Below, piece by piece: positions 19,959-29,395 of a stretch of DNA of 64,000 bases. The notes below the pieces were generated by a model that was given only the letters and a program-made list of their open reading frames with translations, made no database searches and was not told the origin of the DNA. Origin of the DNA: a virus (Duplodnaviria; Heunggongvirae; Uroviricota; Caudoviricetes); the IMG/VR virus record IMGVR_UViG_3300034095_001584; one strand, given 5' to 3'. How positions within the stretch are numbered: the first letter of the stretch is position 1; the number at the start of each line of letters is the position of its first letter. The translations under genes were made by a program, and so were the position numbers.

Positions 19959-20163
19959 ATTTGCTTAGTTTATTTTTATATCTTTGAATTGTAATATAGT
20001 CTTCATCCATATGATCATTAGCCTTTACAATTTCACGGCTAAATCTTTCTACTTCATCACACAGATAACGAATGTCTTCACACAACTTGGGATCAAGTGT
20101 GGTGTTACAATTATTGTTAGTAAACTCTTTTAGTCTAGCAACTACTTCTTTGTTAGTCTTCAT
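19945..20163 (-). CDS. hypothetical small protein
   Basis: 72-aa ORF. Confidence 0.4.
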   Translation of the reverse strand: MKTNKEVVARLKEFTNNNCNTTLDPKLCEDIRYLCDEVERFSREIVKANDHMDEDYITIQRYKNKLSKYESF

Positions 20164-20344
20164 TGGTTCTGTAAATTACCTTTTCAACAGTAATTCCCTT
20201 TTTATGTGACTTGGGACCATACATAGCCCCGTACTGATTCTTGCTATTAATATAAGCCATTAGATCAGTTTTAATGGCTTCTGCATCTACATCATCAAAA
20301 TTTGGTGGTAGATTGACTGTTAAATAATACTTTGGTTTGTTCAT
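20153..20344 (-). CDS. hypothetical small protein
   Basis: 63-aa ORF. Confidence 0.4.
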   Translation of the reverse strand: MNKPKYYLTVNLPPNFDDVDAEAIKTDLMAYINSKNQYGAMYGPKSHKKGITVEKVIYRTNED

Positions 20345-20350
20345 AAATTT

Positions 20351-20548
20351 TTACCAGTGGTGAATAATATTTGTTATAATAAATCCACATGTAATAAAGT
20401 TTACCAGAACAATGATAAACCTCAAGAGAAAACTAGCAAGAGCATAATTTACAGGCAATACAGGCACATCTGGCTTACATTCATCTGTATGACCTACACG
20501 GTGGTCAATAGTTCTTGCTAATGTCAAAAAAAACTTATTGGTTGTCAT
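20351..20548 (-). CDS. small membrane protein
   Basis: C-terminal hydrophobic FLLRFIIVLVNFITCGFIIT. Confidence 0.4.
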   Translation of the reverse strand: MTTNKFFLTLARTIDHRVGHTDECKPDVPVLPVNYALASFLLRFIIVLVNFITCGFIITNIIHHW

Positions 20549-20754
20549 ATGACCAGAAACCGTACAATTTGTAGATCACCATCAGCATTCTTGGTTTCAA
20601 GAATTACATCAGGATGTGGACGGTCACAACTAAGATATACCTTAGCATTAGGAATATCTAGCTCCTTAACCATTTTCTTTTCCACTACATTTTTAAGCCA
20701 ATCAACAATATCTGATTTCTTTACATTAGTCATATATTTTAATTTCCCATCCAA
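20545..20754 (-). CDS. hypothetical small protein
   Basis: 69-aa ORF, ATGA overlap. Confidence 0.4.
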   Translation of the reverse strand: MDGKLKYMTNVKKSDIVDWLKNVVEKKMVKELDIPNAKVYLSCDRPHPDVILETKNADGDLQIVRFLVI

Positions 20755-20939
20755 TTAGTTACATTTTCCGGTCCATTTGATTGTTGGATACCAACATACT
20801 TTACCTTGGTCAAATCCATAGGTAACTTGATGCGTTTCCAATCCCACAATGAAGGAAGATCACTATCATCCACGCATTCCCATTCAATGTCCAGTACAAT
20901 TCTAGCTGATTTTGTTTTATTCATAACTTTCACGATCAA
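20739..20939 (-). CDS. hypothetical small protein
   Basis: 66-aa ORF. Confidence 0.4.
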   Translation of the reverse strand: MIVKVMNKTKSARIVLDIEWECVDDSDLPSLWDWKRIKLPMDLTKVKYVGIQQSNGPENVTNWMGN

Positions 20940-22014
20940 TGTTAATCACATAAGGAAAACGAGGGATTTCATCATCTGGTGTAAGATTGAAATACTTCAC
21001 CGTAGCACTCTTTCCAATATATTTCTTCTTGTTCTTTAACAATTCCTTCAAATATTCACGGTCACCCTTAATATTGCTATGGAACTCAATTCCCTTATGG
21101 TTCTTGAATACCATATGTCCAGCCATACCACTCTTGTTGCCTACACCTTCAACAATGTCAATAATCTTGTACTCACTATCTTGAAACTCTTTACGTTTGA
21201 GCAGATGTTTGCTACGTTTGTTTTCATAAGGTCCATCAGTACGAACCATCTGACCTTCATAACCTTCATCAACATACTTTTCATACAACTCGTTCAAATG
21301 TGTAATCGTGTCCACAAGGTGAGTCGGAACACGACGAACCACATTGTTATTAACAATATAAGTAGTAATGTCACTATTGCGGTCACTAAAAGTCTTCTGT
21401 ACAATCCAGTCATAAACCCAGTATTGAATATTTTTTGCACTCTCAGTCAAATCTTCAGTTGTAGGCTTGGTCTTCTTTACCAAACTACAAATAGCATTAA
21501 AGTCATTGGCAAACTTGTCAGCATACAATTCACCATCAAGAATTGCATTGGGGAACCTATCAAAGAATGGTTTCAAAGCAACCAATACATGAGGAGCTGA
21601 AACAATAGTTTTACCATTACGACTCCACATACCATCCCGTTTAACAACACAACGAATACCATCCAACTTAGGTTGACTATAAACTGGATACTTCAAATCA
21701 TCCTTATAATCATCATAGTTTTTTGCCAACATTGGTTCAGTAAAACTAATACCATCAATGTCTGTAATATTTTCAAAGTAACCACTTTCTTTCTTTTTCT
21801 TCCAAGTGGCTTTAGCTTCTTTTACGGCTTGATCTTCAGAGGAAGTAGCATTCTTCTTGCCTGAATTTTTACCCTCACAAAGGGTCCATTCAGTAATTTG
21901 AATTGCTCCGTCAATTTGACCGTAGTGAGTACGATACTTGTTAGCATCAACTTCAATGGTCCAAGTTTGGATAGCACCCGTATTTGTACGGGCAAACAAC
22001 ATAGGTAGTTTCAT
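20917..22014 (-). CDS. ATP-dependent DNA ligase
   Basis: motif I PKLDGIRC (KxDG); 365 aa, size like T7/chlorella-virus ligases. Confidence 0.85.
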   Translation of the reverse strand: MKLPMLFARTNTGAIQTWTIEVDANKYRTHYGQIDGAIQITEWTLCEGKNSGKKNATSSEDQAVKEAKATWKKKKESGYFENITDIDGISFTEPMLAKNYDDYKDDLKYPVYSQPKLDGIRCVVKRDGMWSRNGKTIVSAPHVLVALKPFFDRFPNAILDGELYADKFANDFNAICSLVKKTKPTTEDLTESAKNIQYWVYDWIVQKTFSDRNSDITTYIVNNNVVRRVPTHLVDTITHLNELYEKYVDEGYEGQMVRTDGPYENKRSKHLLKRKEFQDSEYKIIDIVEGVGNKSGMAGHMVFKNHKGIEFHSNIKGDREYLKELLKNKKKYIGKSATVKYFNLTPDDEIPRFPYVINIDRESYE

Positions 22015-22062
22015 ATCTTATAAACAGATTACCACAGATTCAGCAGAAGTCAACACCAAAGA

Positions 22063-22593
22063 TTAAAAAAACTTGGAATAATAACCCAACACAATTCCAC
22101 TTGCGGTGCCTACGTTCAGACTACGAACGGTACCCTTTCCAGAAATGGTCAGAATATGTTCACTATTGTCAAGAATATAGTCTGAAAGACCCTTTTGTTC
22201 CTCACCAAAGATAAAAATGGGCTTAATATCCTTCACGTTAACGTTATCCATGAACTGAAACAAATTAGAACATTCATAATTAACGTTATTTTCAATAGAA
22301 ATGAGGGTATAACCTTGATCCTTGATGGTCTTTACAAATTCTTCTTCAGTCTTGATGAAAGTGACATCAATGTAGTTATGAGTGCCAACAGTGCCTCGAC
22401 GGTCATAATGCTTCTTACCACCCACATAAAACACCTTTTCATAGCCAAAGAAGTTACTGTTACGGATCAACGTGGACAGATTGAAGTCTCCGGTCACATG
22501 CATCATGGCGGATGCAGCAGGAATGGTGTTATTAATGTAATATTCCTTGATTTCAGGCACGGTCTTGGTCTTGAGGTGGTCCAGAACGTTCAT
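22063..22593 (-). CDS. SpoU/TrmH-family RNA 2'-O-methyltransferase
   Basis: IFGEEQKGL and TVRSLNVGTASGIVL match SpoU motifs 2 and 3. Confidence 0.6.
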   Translation of the reverse strand: MNVLDHLKTKTVPEIKEYYINNTIPAASAMMHVTGDFNLSTLIRNSNFFGYEKVFYVGGKKHYDRRGTVGTHNYIDVTFIKTEEEFVKTIKDQGYTLISIENNVNYECSNLFQFMDNVNVKDIKPIFIFGEEQKGLSDYILDNSEHILTISGKGTVRSLNVGTASGIVLGYYSKFF

Positions 22594-22597
22594 ATCT

Positions 22598-23173
22598 TTA
22601 TATAGAATTATTTATTAGAATTCCTAACCCATGAGAATCAGGGTAGTTGTAAAACTCCAATCCGTATTTTGTAGACAGATCATAACAGACTTTTTTTACT
22701 TCGTCAAAGGAAATCGTGTCATGAAAAATCACCACCTTTGAATGGTTCACTGCCCATTCACCACATTCATATGTTTCATTGTATGTATGAACAATATCAA
22801 TGTGAATCAAATCATAGATGTTGTTATTGTTTTTAATAAAATCTTGATAGTTTGATTTTACTAGTTCAATGTTTGTATAATCTTTCAATACAAACAGAGT
22901 CATCTTTGAATGATCTCTTTTTATATATGAATGTATATCTCCTGTAAATGTATCTACACCAATTACTTTGGTAAAATAATTGGCTAGTGCAGACGTTGAA
23001 TATCCATATTCTACACCAAATTCCAATGCAATTTGTGGGTTCACATTAAAAGTTGTTATAATGTCTTTTAATATTGTAGGAATATCACCCCAAGCACTAA
23101 TTACTTTTACCAATTTTGGCGTATCTCTTACTTTTGGTACGTATTCAATCATGTTGTGCATATTCCAGGCCAC
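22598..23173 (-). CDS. class I SAM-dependent (O-)methyltransferase
   Basis: ALEFGVEYGYST (motif I) and VIGVD (motif II). Confidence 0.6.
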   Translation of the reverse strand: MAWNMHNMIEYVPKVRDTPKLVKVISAWGDIPTILKDIITTFNVNPQIALEFGVEYGYSTSALANYFTKVIGVDTFTGDIHSYIKRDHSKMTLFVLKDYTNIELVKSNYQDFIKNNNNIYDLIHIDIVHTYNETYECGEWAVNHSKVVIFHDTISFDEVKKVCYDLSTKYGLEFYNYPDSHGLGILINNSI

Positions 23174-23799
23174 TTTTGTGATAGTTTCTGTCTATATTCA
23201 ATATATCTGCCCCAACATGGACCTCTTTTTGCAAATGTATATGAATGGTGGTTTAAAAATGACTTTGAATTTTTATATACTTCATTATATCCAAGTGTTA
23301 TTGGTGTTTCCTTTGAATCAATTAATATTGTATGTACGCTTTTTTTGCGTATACGTTGAATATTTGCGCAATAATCTTCTACATACAAATGATAGTCATC
23401 AAATGTAACATTATCAAACAATAATTTGTCATCTGGACGTATTACAATAAAACAACAATCTAATGTATCAAGTGGATAAATTTGATGTGAATCTGACCAA
23501 AAGTAGTTGTTTTGTTTATCTACACCAACCATTCCAATTGCGCCAAAGTCTGGTAATGCGCAAATGGTCATTTTTAGTCTGTCTAGTAAATTTGGTGAAA
23601 ATGTAACATCTTGATGGGTAAGAATCAGATATGGTGTGTTACACTTGGAAATCAACTCATTATAATTAGCTGCTGGTTTGTTTTCATCAGATGTACTGAG
23701 TACGTCAAAGTCTCCTTCCAAGTTATCAATACTTGGTCCTAGATAAGTTTCATAAACGTACTTATTTTGTCTGATATAACCTATTGTAAATTGTTTCAC
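23149..23799 (-). CDS. GT-A-type glycosyltransferase
   Basis: YLILTHQDVTF DxD-like region. Confidence 0.5.
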   Translation of the reverse strand: MKQFTIGYIRQNKYVYETYLGPSIDNLEGDFDVLSTSDENKPAANYNELISKCNTPYLILTHQDVTFSPNLLDRLKMTICALPDFGAIGMVGVDKQNNYFWSDSHQIYPLDTLDCCFIVIRPDDKLLFDNVTFDDYHLYVEDYCANIQRIRKKSVHTILIDSKETPITLGYNEVYKNSKSFLNHHSYTFAKRGPCWGRYIEYRQKLSQKWPGICTT

Positions 23800-24092
23800 T
23801 TTTCTTTGTTTTTGAGTTTTGTTGGTGGTGTCTTCTTTACTGTTTCAGTTGATTTGTTGAATGTCTTTTTGTCAACAATACCCTTACTCTCCATCTTTTT
23901 CAACTGTTCATTCATTAGTGAATGATCTTCATATTCTTTTTCCGCAGTTTCAATTACTTTAGCAAGAAATTCAGTTAAAATTCCGCTCATATTATTACGT
24001 TCTGTGTCCTCTTTGATAGCTAACTGCTTCCACTTAGGCATTTGATTTAGAATGTTATTATATGCGGTTTTGTAGTGTAGAGAGTTCATCAT
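23796..24092 (-). CDS. hypothetical protein
   Basis: 98-aa ORF, ATGA overlap. Confidence 0.45.
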   Translation of the reverse strand: MMNSLHYKTAYNNILNQMPKWKQLAIKEDTERNNMSGILTEFLAKVIETAEKEYEDHSLMNEQLKKMESKGIVDKKTFNKSTETVKKTPPTKLKNKEK

Positions 24093-24132
24093 ACTGTATT
24101 ATAAATATCACATCAGTTTATGAATGTCAACC

Positions 24133-24780
24133 CTACAGTAAAATTTTCTTTTCATGGTTTACTATCACTTCTGGGTGAACATGAACTTTATATCCTAAAT
24201 CTTTTACCATATGACAAAAACTTACGTCTTCCATGGTAAATTCAGTCACATTTCCAAATTTTTTCCATAATGGTCTAAACCAAGGATATTTAAGTGATTC
24301 AAACACTCCTTTTTTAACCAAAATAAAACCAAATCCAGTATAATCTACTGTGAATGGATTTTTTCTACCATTAATTAATTCAGTTGTTAAAAATTCAAAT
24401 GAACCATACTTTACAAAGTGATTTTCATCCCAATTTTCAACAGTTGCATAATGTTTACCATCTTGCATTAGATATAAACCAGACGCAATATCTGTTTGCA
24501 TGTTATATAACTTAATGAAGTCATCAATCTGAAATACAATATCACTGTCTATCCATAACATATAATCATATTCTACTTTTCCTTGCCATGGTTTTTGATC
24601 TTCACCGGCAGTAGATGATCCTCCTAAACACATGTTACGTACATAGTAGATATTGCATGATTCTCTACGACATACCATTATGTGTATGTTGTTACGTATA
24701 CACCAATTATAAAAGGCAATAAAGTGGTCTAAAAATTGACCTGAGAAGTTATTGCCTGGTAAACAAACTATTAATTTCAT
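24133..24780 (-). CDS. glycosyltransferase (GT-A, DxD), tandem paralog A
   Basis: YMLWIDSDIVFQIDDFIKL; start moved to MKLIVCLPG Met, which overlaps upstream stop as ATGA. Confidence 0.6.
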   Translation of the reverse strand: MKLIVCLPGNNFSGQFLDHFIAFYNWCIRNNIHIMVCRRESCNIYYVRNMCLGGSSTAGEDQKPWQGKVEYDYMLWIDSDIVFQIDDFIKLYNMQTDIASGLYLMQDGKHYATVENWDENHFVKYGSFEFLTTELINGRKNPFTVDYTGFGFILVKKGVFESLKYPWFRPLWKKFGNVTEFTMEDVSFCHMVKDLGYKVHVHPEVIVNHEKKILL

Positions 24781-25529
24781 GACCACCAAACCTTGTTTTG
24801 ATTGTAAAAATTGCCTTGATATCCTTTCCATCCATAATGTGTTAAATTACAGGTGGTATTGACATATATCTTTCCACCAATACTTCTATATAAATTACAA
24901 AAACCATAATCTTCACTTTCATATTTTTTTGTTTCTGGATTTACTTTACACGGAAAAAAGTCATAGAAATTATCACCATATGATGAATAACCGTCAATAT
25001 CATTATCATATTTAATATTTGGGACTGATCTGATTATTTGATTAAATACACGTTTTTTAAACAACATGAATCCAGTTGCTGCGTATTTTACTTCTTCAAT
25101 TTCTTTTACTTGTTCTGAATATGAAATTTCCGTAGCAAAATCTGTACATAATGATTCATATTTATCATTAAAGAGTTCTGGACCTTTATCTGCCAACATT
25201 TTTACTTTGGATGAATTGATGTACTTTTTTGGATATAAACCTGAAACAAGATCTTTGTCAGTTTTAATTAACTTAAATACATCTTCTGGTTCAAATGATA
25301 TGTCACTGTCAATAAACAACATATAATCACACTCAGGCTGATTAAGAAAATTAGCCGCAGCTGCATTTCTTGCTCTAGCAATCAGACTTTCAAAGTATAT
25401 ACAATCCATTGCAAATGATATACCTCTACGTTGACCTTCAAATACCAACTTCATAACACTAAACATGAAGTGGGACAATACCGTGTGATTATAACATATA
25501 ACTGGCAGATAAATTTTGGTCATATTCAA
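24777..25529 (-). CDS. glycosyltransferase (GT-A, DxD), tandem paralog B
   Basis: YMLFIDSDISFEPEDVFKL; clear paralogy with 24133..24780. Confidence 0.6.
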   Translation of the reverse strand: MNMTKIYLPVICYNHTVLSHFMFSVMKLVFEGQRRGISFAMDCIYFESLIARARNAAAANFLNQPECDYMLFIDSDISFEPEDVFKLIKTDKDLVSGLYPKKYINSSKVKMLADKGPELFNDKYESLCTDFATEISYSEQVKEIEEVKYAATGFMLFKKRVFNQIIRSVPNIKYDNDIDGYSSYGDNFYDFFPCKVNPETKKYESEDYGFCNLYRSIGGKIYVNTTCNLTHYGWKGYQGNFYNQNKVWWS

Positions 25530-25912
25530 CTGTATTTTTGATAACTCTTTTCTTCAACAAATTTAGAGTTGGTAACTTCATTCAAATTCTTTTTGATTCT
25601 TGCTCTTTCATCATTGGTAAAATATACCCCTCTTGCCAATTGAATAAATTCATCATCAAACTCTTTTGACTTTTCTTTGTCTCTCAACTTATCTTCAATT
25701 ACCCACAATTTTTCATTTATTGCTTGTAATTCTTTAACCAAAGAATTTACAGTAACATTTGATTCATAACCAACTACATCAAGAAATGGTTTCAATTCAT
25801 CCAATTCATTATTGATGTTTTTTAATTTGATTGGATCAGCAATCATTTTTGATTTAATCACTAATATTGTGATTTTGTCCAATATTTCACCATTAGAAAC
25901 TTCTATTTTCAT
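25526..25912 (-). CDS. coiled-coil protein
   Basis: 128 aa, heptad-rich. Confidence 0.5.
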   Translation of the reverse strand: MKIEVSNGEILDKITILVIKSKMIADPIKLKNINNELDELKPFLDVVGYESNVTVNSLVKELQAINEKLWVIEDKLRDKEKSKEFDDEFIQLARGVYFTNDERARIKKNLNEVTNSKFVEEKSYQKYS

Positions 25913-26204
25913 AATTTTTAATCAGATATAACTTTTGTTGACGGGTCAATTGTTTGATTTGATACTCACGTTTCATTGCCTCACTTTTGGTATCAAAACA
26001 TTCAGTATACACCAATTTAACTGGCAGTCTAGTTTTTGTATATTTAGCTCCACACCCTTTATTATGATTACTAACTCGTTTTGTAACATCATTAGAATAA
26101 CCACAATAAAGGGTATTGTCTCTACATAACACTATATAACAACAATGATTTTTACCAACCACGAATATCAAGTTTTGCTCTAGGAAAAGCCGTTCCCATT
26201 CCAA
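25893..26204 (-). CDS. GIY-YIG nuclease-family protein
   Basis: FVVGKNHCCYIVLCRDNTLYCGYSNDVTKRVSNHN. Confidence 0.65.
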   Translation of the reverse strand: MEWERLFLEQNLIFVVGKNHCCYIVLCRDNTLYCGYSNDVTKRVSNHNKGCGAKYTKTRLPVKLVYTECFDTKSEAMKREYQIKQLTRQQKLYLIKNYENRSF

Positions 26205-26511
26205 TATTACCGTTATAACTAAATGTTAAGTCACTTGGATTTGATGTGACTGGTTCTGGTTTTTTGAGTGGGGAATGAATATTGATTGAAATATTTTCAC
26301 TATTATTAACTCTGATTGCAAAGTTATCACTATCAACAAATGACATTACACAACTAGCACCACTACTATGTGTAAATACCAACTTGTCACAATATACAAC
26401 TGTTTCTACAACTGGTGTTGGTTCAGATGCTTTAACTGTTGAACCAGCAACAACACCTGCAATTCCTCCAAATAGGGTGGAGAAAAACCCTTTACGATTT
26501 AGTTTTTCCAT
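26152..26511 (-). CDS. small secreted protein carrying the fibre motif NGNIGMGTAFPRAKLDI at its C-terminus
   Basis: signal-like N-terminus; shares the GNxGxGTxxPxxKL motif with the 1326-aa fibre. Confidence 0.45.
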   Translation of the reverse strand: MEKLNRKGFFSTLFGGIAGVVAGSTVKASEPTPVVETVVYCDKLVFTHSSGASCVMSFVDSDNFAIRVNNSENISINIHSPLKKPEPVTSNPSDLTFSYNGNIGMGTAFPRAKLDIRGW

Positions 26512-26552
26512 ATACTAATAACATATCAATATACAACAACTAAACCAATATT

Positions 26553-27032
26553 TTAATTTGATTGTATATCAGATTCTTTCTTTTCTATAATATCATTGGT
26601 GTAACCTTCATATTTTACTTGACCAATAACATTGATGATAAATTTGTTGGTTATAGTTCCTTCTAAATTGCTTGTAACAATATAACTTTCTTGTACACTA
26701 CCATCAAGAAAAAATACAATCTTTGTAGCACTAGTTTCTAGTATCTTCAAGTCATTTGTAACCGCATCCAACAAATAAAAGTCTTCAAATGAACTATACA
26801 TATTATAATCCGGATCAAATGTAAGTTCAAACTCTTTTTGTTGAAACGCTGATTGATACTTTAAATTAATCAAATAAGTCTTTAAATTCTCCCTTGCTTC
26901 ATAGTATCTGGTATTTCCCACCAAACTATCATAGTTAATAACAATTACACTAATAAGTGTTATCAGTATTGTCATAGCTAATAACAATTCAATTAACGTA
27001 AATGCTTTTCTTTTCATATGATTATATATCAC
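26553..27032 (-). CDS. prepilin-type N-terminal cleavage/methylation-domain protein (type IV pilin/pseudopilin-like)
   Basis: MKRKAFTLIELLLAMTILITLISVIV class-III leader and hydrophobic helix. Confidence 0.65.
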   Translation of the reverse strand: MIYNHMKRKAFTLIELLLAMTILITLISVIVINYDSLVGNTRYYEARENLKTYLINLKYQSAFQQKEFELTFDPDYNMYSSFEDFYLLDAVTNDLKILETSATKIVFFLDGSVQESYIVTSNLEGTITNKFIINVIGQVKYEGYTNDIIEKKESDIQSN

Positions 27033-27415
27033 TCACATACAATTTTCTTATCCTTATTACTGTAAAAAACCTCATCAATTCCAAACTGTTTGATCACACT
27101 AGCACATCCTTTACAAGGCTTGCTCATCATCAATTCTTTAGTCTCTTTACTCACCCTCAACACAACAATTTTATATCCACTCAAATCTTCCCTTTGAGAC
27201 TTGAAAATTACATCCACCTCAGCATGACGACCAACCATACCATCATGATAAGGATGTTTGGTGGTAATAGGAACGGTTTTGTTTTTATTCCAACCAATGT
27301 TAAGAATTTTGTTCTTCTTAACCAAAAAAGCAATGTGACTACAACGGTGTTCCACGTTGTTAGGACACATAGCCTTGGCAATCTCAACCATTCTGTTCAG
27401 TATCTTGACGTTCAC
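27029..27415 (-). CDS. CDA-fold zinc deaminase (CMP/dCMP or TadA-like)
   Basis: HAEVDVI ... PCKGCASVI. Confidence 0.6.
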   Translation of the reverse strand: MNVKILNRMVEIAKAMCPNNVEHRCSHIAFLVKKNKILNIGWNKNKTVPITTKHPYHDGMVGRHAEVDVIFKSQREDLSGYKIVVLRVSKETKELMMSKPCKGCASVIKQFGIDEVFYSNKDKKIVCE

Positions 27416-27462
27416 TATGAAGTCAAGATATCACAACTTTTTTTAAAAATCAATTACTTTTT

Positions 27463-28077
27463 TTAATTATTTGGTGGTGTGTATGACAACCATGAAATTA
27501 AAATGTGTTTATCATCTGATATTGGCATATTACCTTTATGGAAATAAGGATATCCAGCGGGATGAACTAATAGAGTACCTTTTTTAGGTTGAACCTTTAA
27601 ATTTGCATATAAGAATTCAGTTTCTCCACCCTCTTTAACGTCATTCAAATATACTAAGAATGCAAAGATTCTACGACTCATTGCAAAATTTCCTGATTCA
27701 CAATGCCATGAATTATAATGACCTTCTTTTGCTTTATATCTTTGCAATTGATATACTTCAAAATAATTATCAGCATTAAACATATAGTGTCTGTTTATTT
27801 TATCTTGGTGTGGAAATGATCCACAGTAAATTCCTATATAATTTATAAATGTTCTTTGGATTTCTGCTACACATTCAGCTTCACCATCCAATCCACATCC
27901 TATTAATTGCCAATCTTTTGAATTTTTAATATCATGATTCAATCCTAATCCTGTTAATCCATCATATAATTGATCTTTTAACATTCCTTTATAATATAAA
28001 TTTAATAATTTATCACACAACTCATTGCTAAATGCGTTGGGAAATACACCAATTGTATCTCTAAATAATAAGTCCAT
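27463..28077 (-). CDS. 2OG-Fe(II) oxygenase-family protein
   Basis: WHCESG (HxE) ... LLVHPAGYPYFHKG ... KHILISW, P4H-like arrangement. Confidence 0.5.
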   Translation of the reverse strand: MDLLFRDTIGVFPNAFSNELCDKLLNLYYKGMLKDQLYDGLTGLGLNHDIKNSKDWQLIGCGLDGEAECVAEIQRTFINYIGIYCGSFPHQDKINRHYMFNADNYFEVYQLQRYKAKEGHYNSWHCESGNFAMSRRIFAFLVYLNDVKEGGETEFLYANLKVQPKKGTLLVHPAGYPYFHKGNMPISDDKHILISWLSYTPPNN

Positions 28078-28080
28078 ATA

Positions 28081-28590
28081 TTATACTTTAAACTCTTTTC
28101 CGTCAAAAAATGCCTTACAACCCAACACTCTATCAATCAGATGTACTTCTACACCTGATTCATTAAACATGGTAAATGTAACATCATCATGCCCTTTCCA
28201 TTGTTCTCTCTGATGCATGTCACAGATATCATTAAATTGCTTGTGTATATATACTTTACTAATACCACTTTGAATTATACCCCTAGCACAATCCGCACAT
28301 GGCAAAGCATTTGTATACAATACAGATCCCTCTGTAGAAATACCATGTTTAGCAGCTGAATAAATAGCATTACGTTCACCGTGTTCAAACCACTTATATT
28401 TTTCTGGTCTTTCATTTCTATGAGACAATACATCATTTACACCAATTGGAATGCCGTTATACCCAGTTGAAATGATTCTATGATCTTTTACCAATATAGC
28501 ACCAATCTTGGTTTTTGGATCTTTGCTTTTGCTAGCAACCCAATAAACACCCTCCATAAACCAATTTATAAAACTTGTATTATCCTTCAT
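28081..28590 (-). CDS. dCMP deaminase
   Basis: HGERNAIYSA ... PCADCARGIIQSGISKV. Confidence 0.8.
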   Translation of the reverse strand: MKDNTSFINWFMEGVYWVASKSKDPKTKIGAILVKDHRIISTGYNGIPIGVNDVLSHRNERPEKYKWFEHGERNAIYSAAKHGISTEGSVLYTNALPCADCARGIIQSGISKVYIHKQFNDICDMHQREQWKGHDDVTFTMFNESGVEVHLIDRVLGCKAFFDGKEFKV

Positions 28591-28615
28591 TTATAACAAC
28601 TTTACATTATAAATA

Positions 28616-29386
28616 TTATACCGTCAATTTATATCTATCAACCAAAGTATTTATATTATTCTCTATCATCACAATATAATTACTGGAAGTATATTCATAC
28701 AACGCATAAAACTTATTATCAAGCAATGGTTTAACCAACTTATACCAAAATCCAGGTGTCTTTCTTATTAAGTCTTCTAATCCATTGTACATATTTAAAT
28801 TATGATATTTCTGAAACTCATCAAATTCTTGATACAGTTTATCTAGTTTTTGTACATACTGTTCATCTCCCATCTGACTCAACCAATCACCCAAAGCAAC
28901 ACAAGCACCTATATGATCTATCTCCAAATTTTCTACCTTTTTAAAATAATCCGTCACCATTATTAAATTACAAATTCTACTCTTTTCTTCTTCAGTCAAT
29001 ATATCATCAAAATTGTTACCCATAAAATGACACCCTCTTTCTACATGAGTATTGATATATTGTGCTCCCGTTCCATCTTCATCTTCTTTTAACTTTAAGA
29101 ACCCTATATCATGATACATTACCGCAACAACACCACAAAAGAAATCTTGTTCATTTAACTTAATTATACCTTTATTCACTATACTGGCATATACATCAAG
29201 AAATACAGATGTACTTGTCAAAAAGTGATATAAATCATGATATTTTGTTTCTAATTTATGATATCTGTCATCACCATAATTACAAATATTAATCAAGTAA
29301 TCATAAAGTACTAATAATCTTTCATCATGTTTGTTGAATAGTTGTAAGGATACATTTTTAATACTTCTTGGTGTTGCGAATTTCAT
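28616..29386 (-). CDS. HD-domain phosphohydrolase (candidate cNMP phosphodiesterase)
   Basis: VAVMYHDIGF HD motif plus upstream His. Confidence 0.45.
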   Translation of the reverse strand: MKFATPRSIKNVSLQLFNKHDERLLVLYDYLINICNYGDDRYHKLETKYHDLYHFLTSTSVFLDVYASIVNKGIIKLNEQDFFCGVVAVMYHDIGFLKLKEDEDGTGAQYINTHVERGCHFMGNNFDDILTEEEKSRICNLIMVTDYFKKVENLEIDHIGACVALGDWLSQMGDEQYVQKLDKLYQEFDEFQKYHNLNMYNGLEDLIRKTPGFWYKLVKPLLDNKFYALYEYTSSNYIVMIENNINTLVDRYKLTV

Positions 29387-29395
29387 AAGACATTG

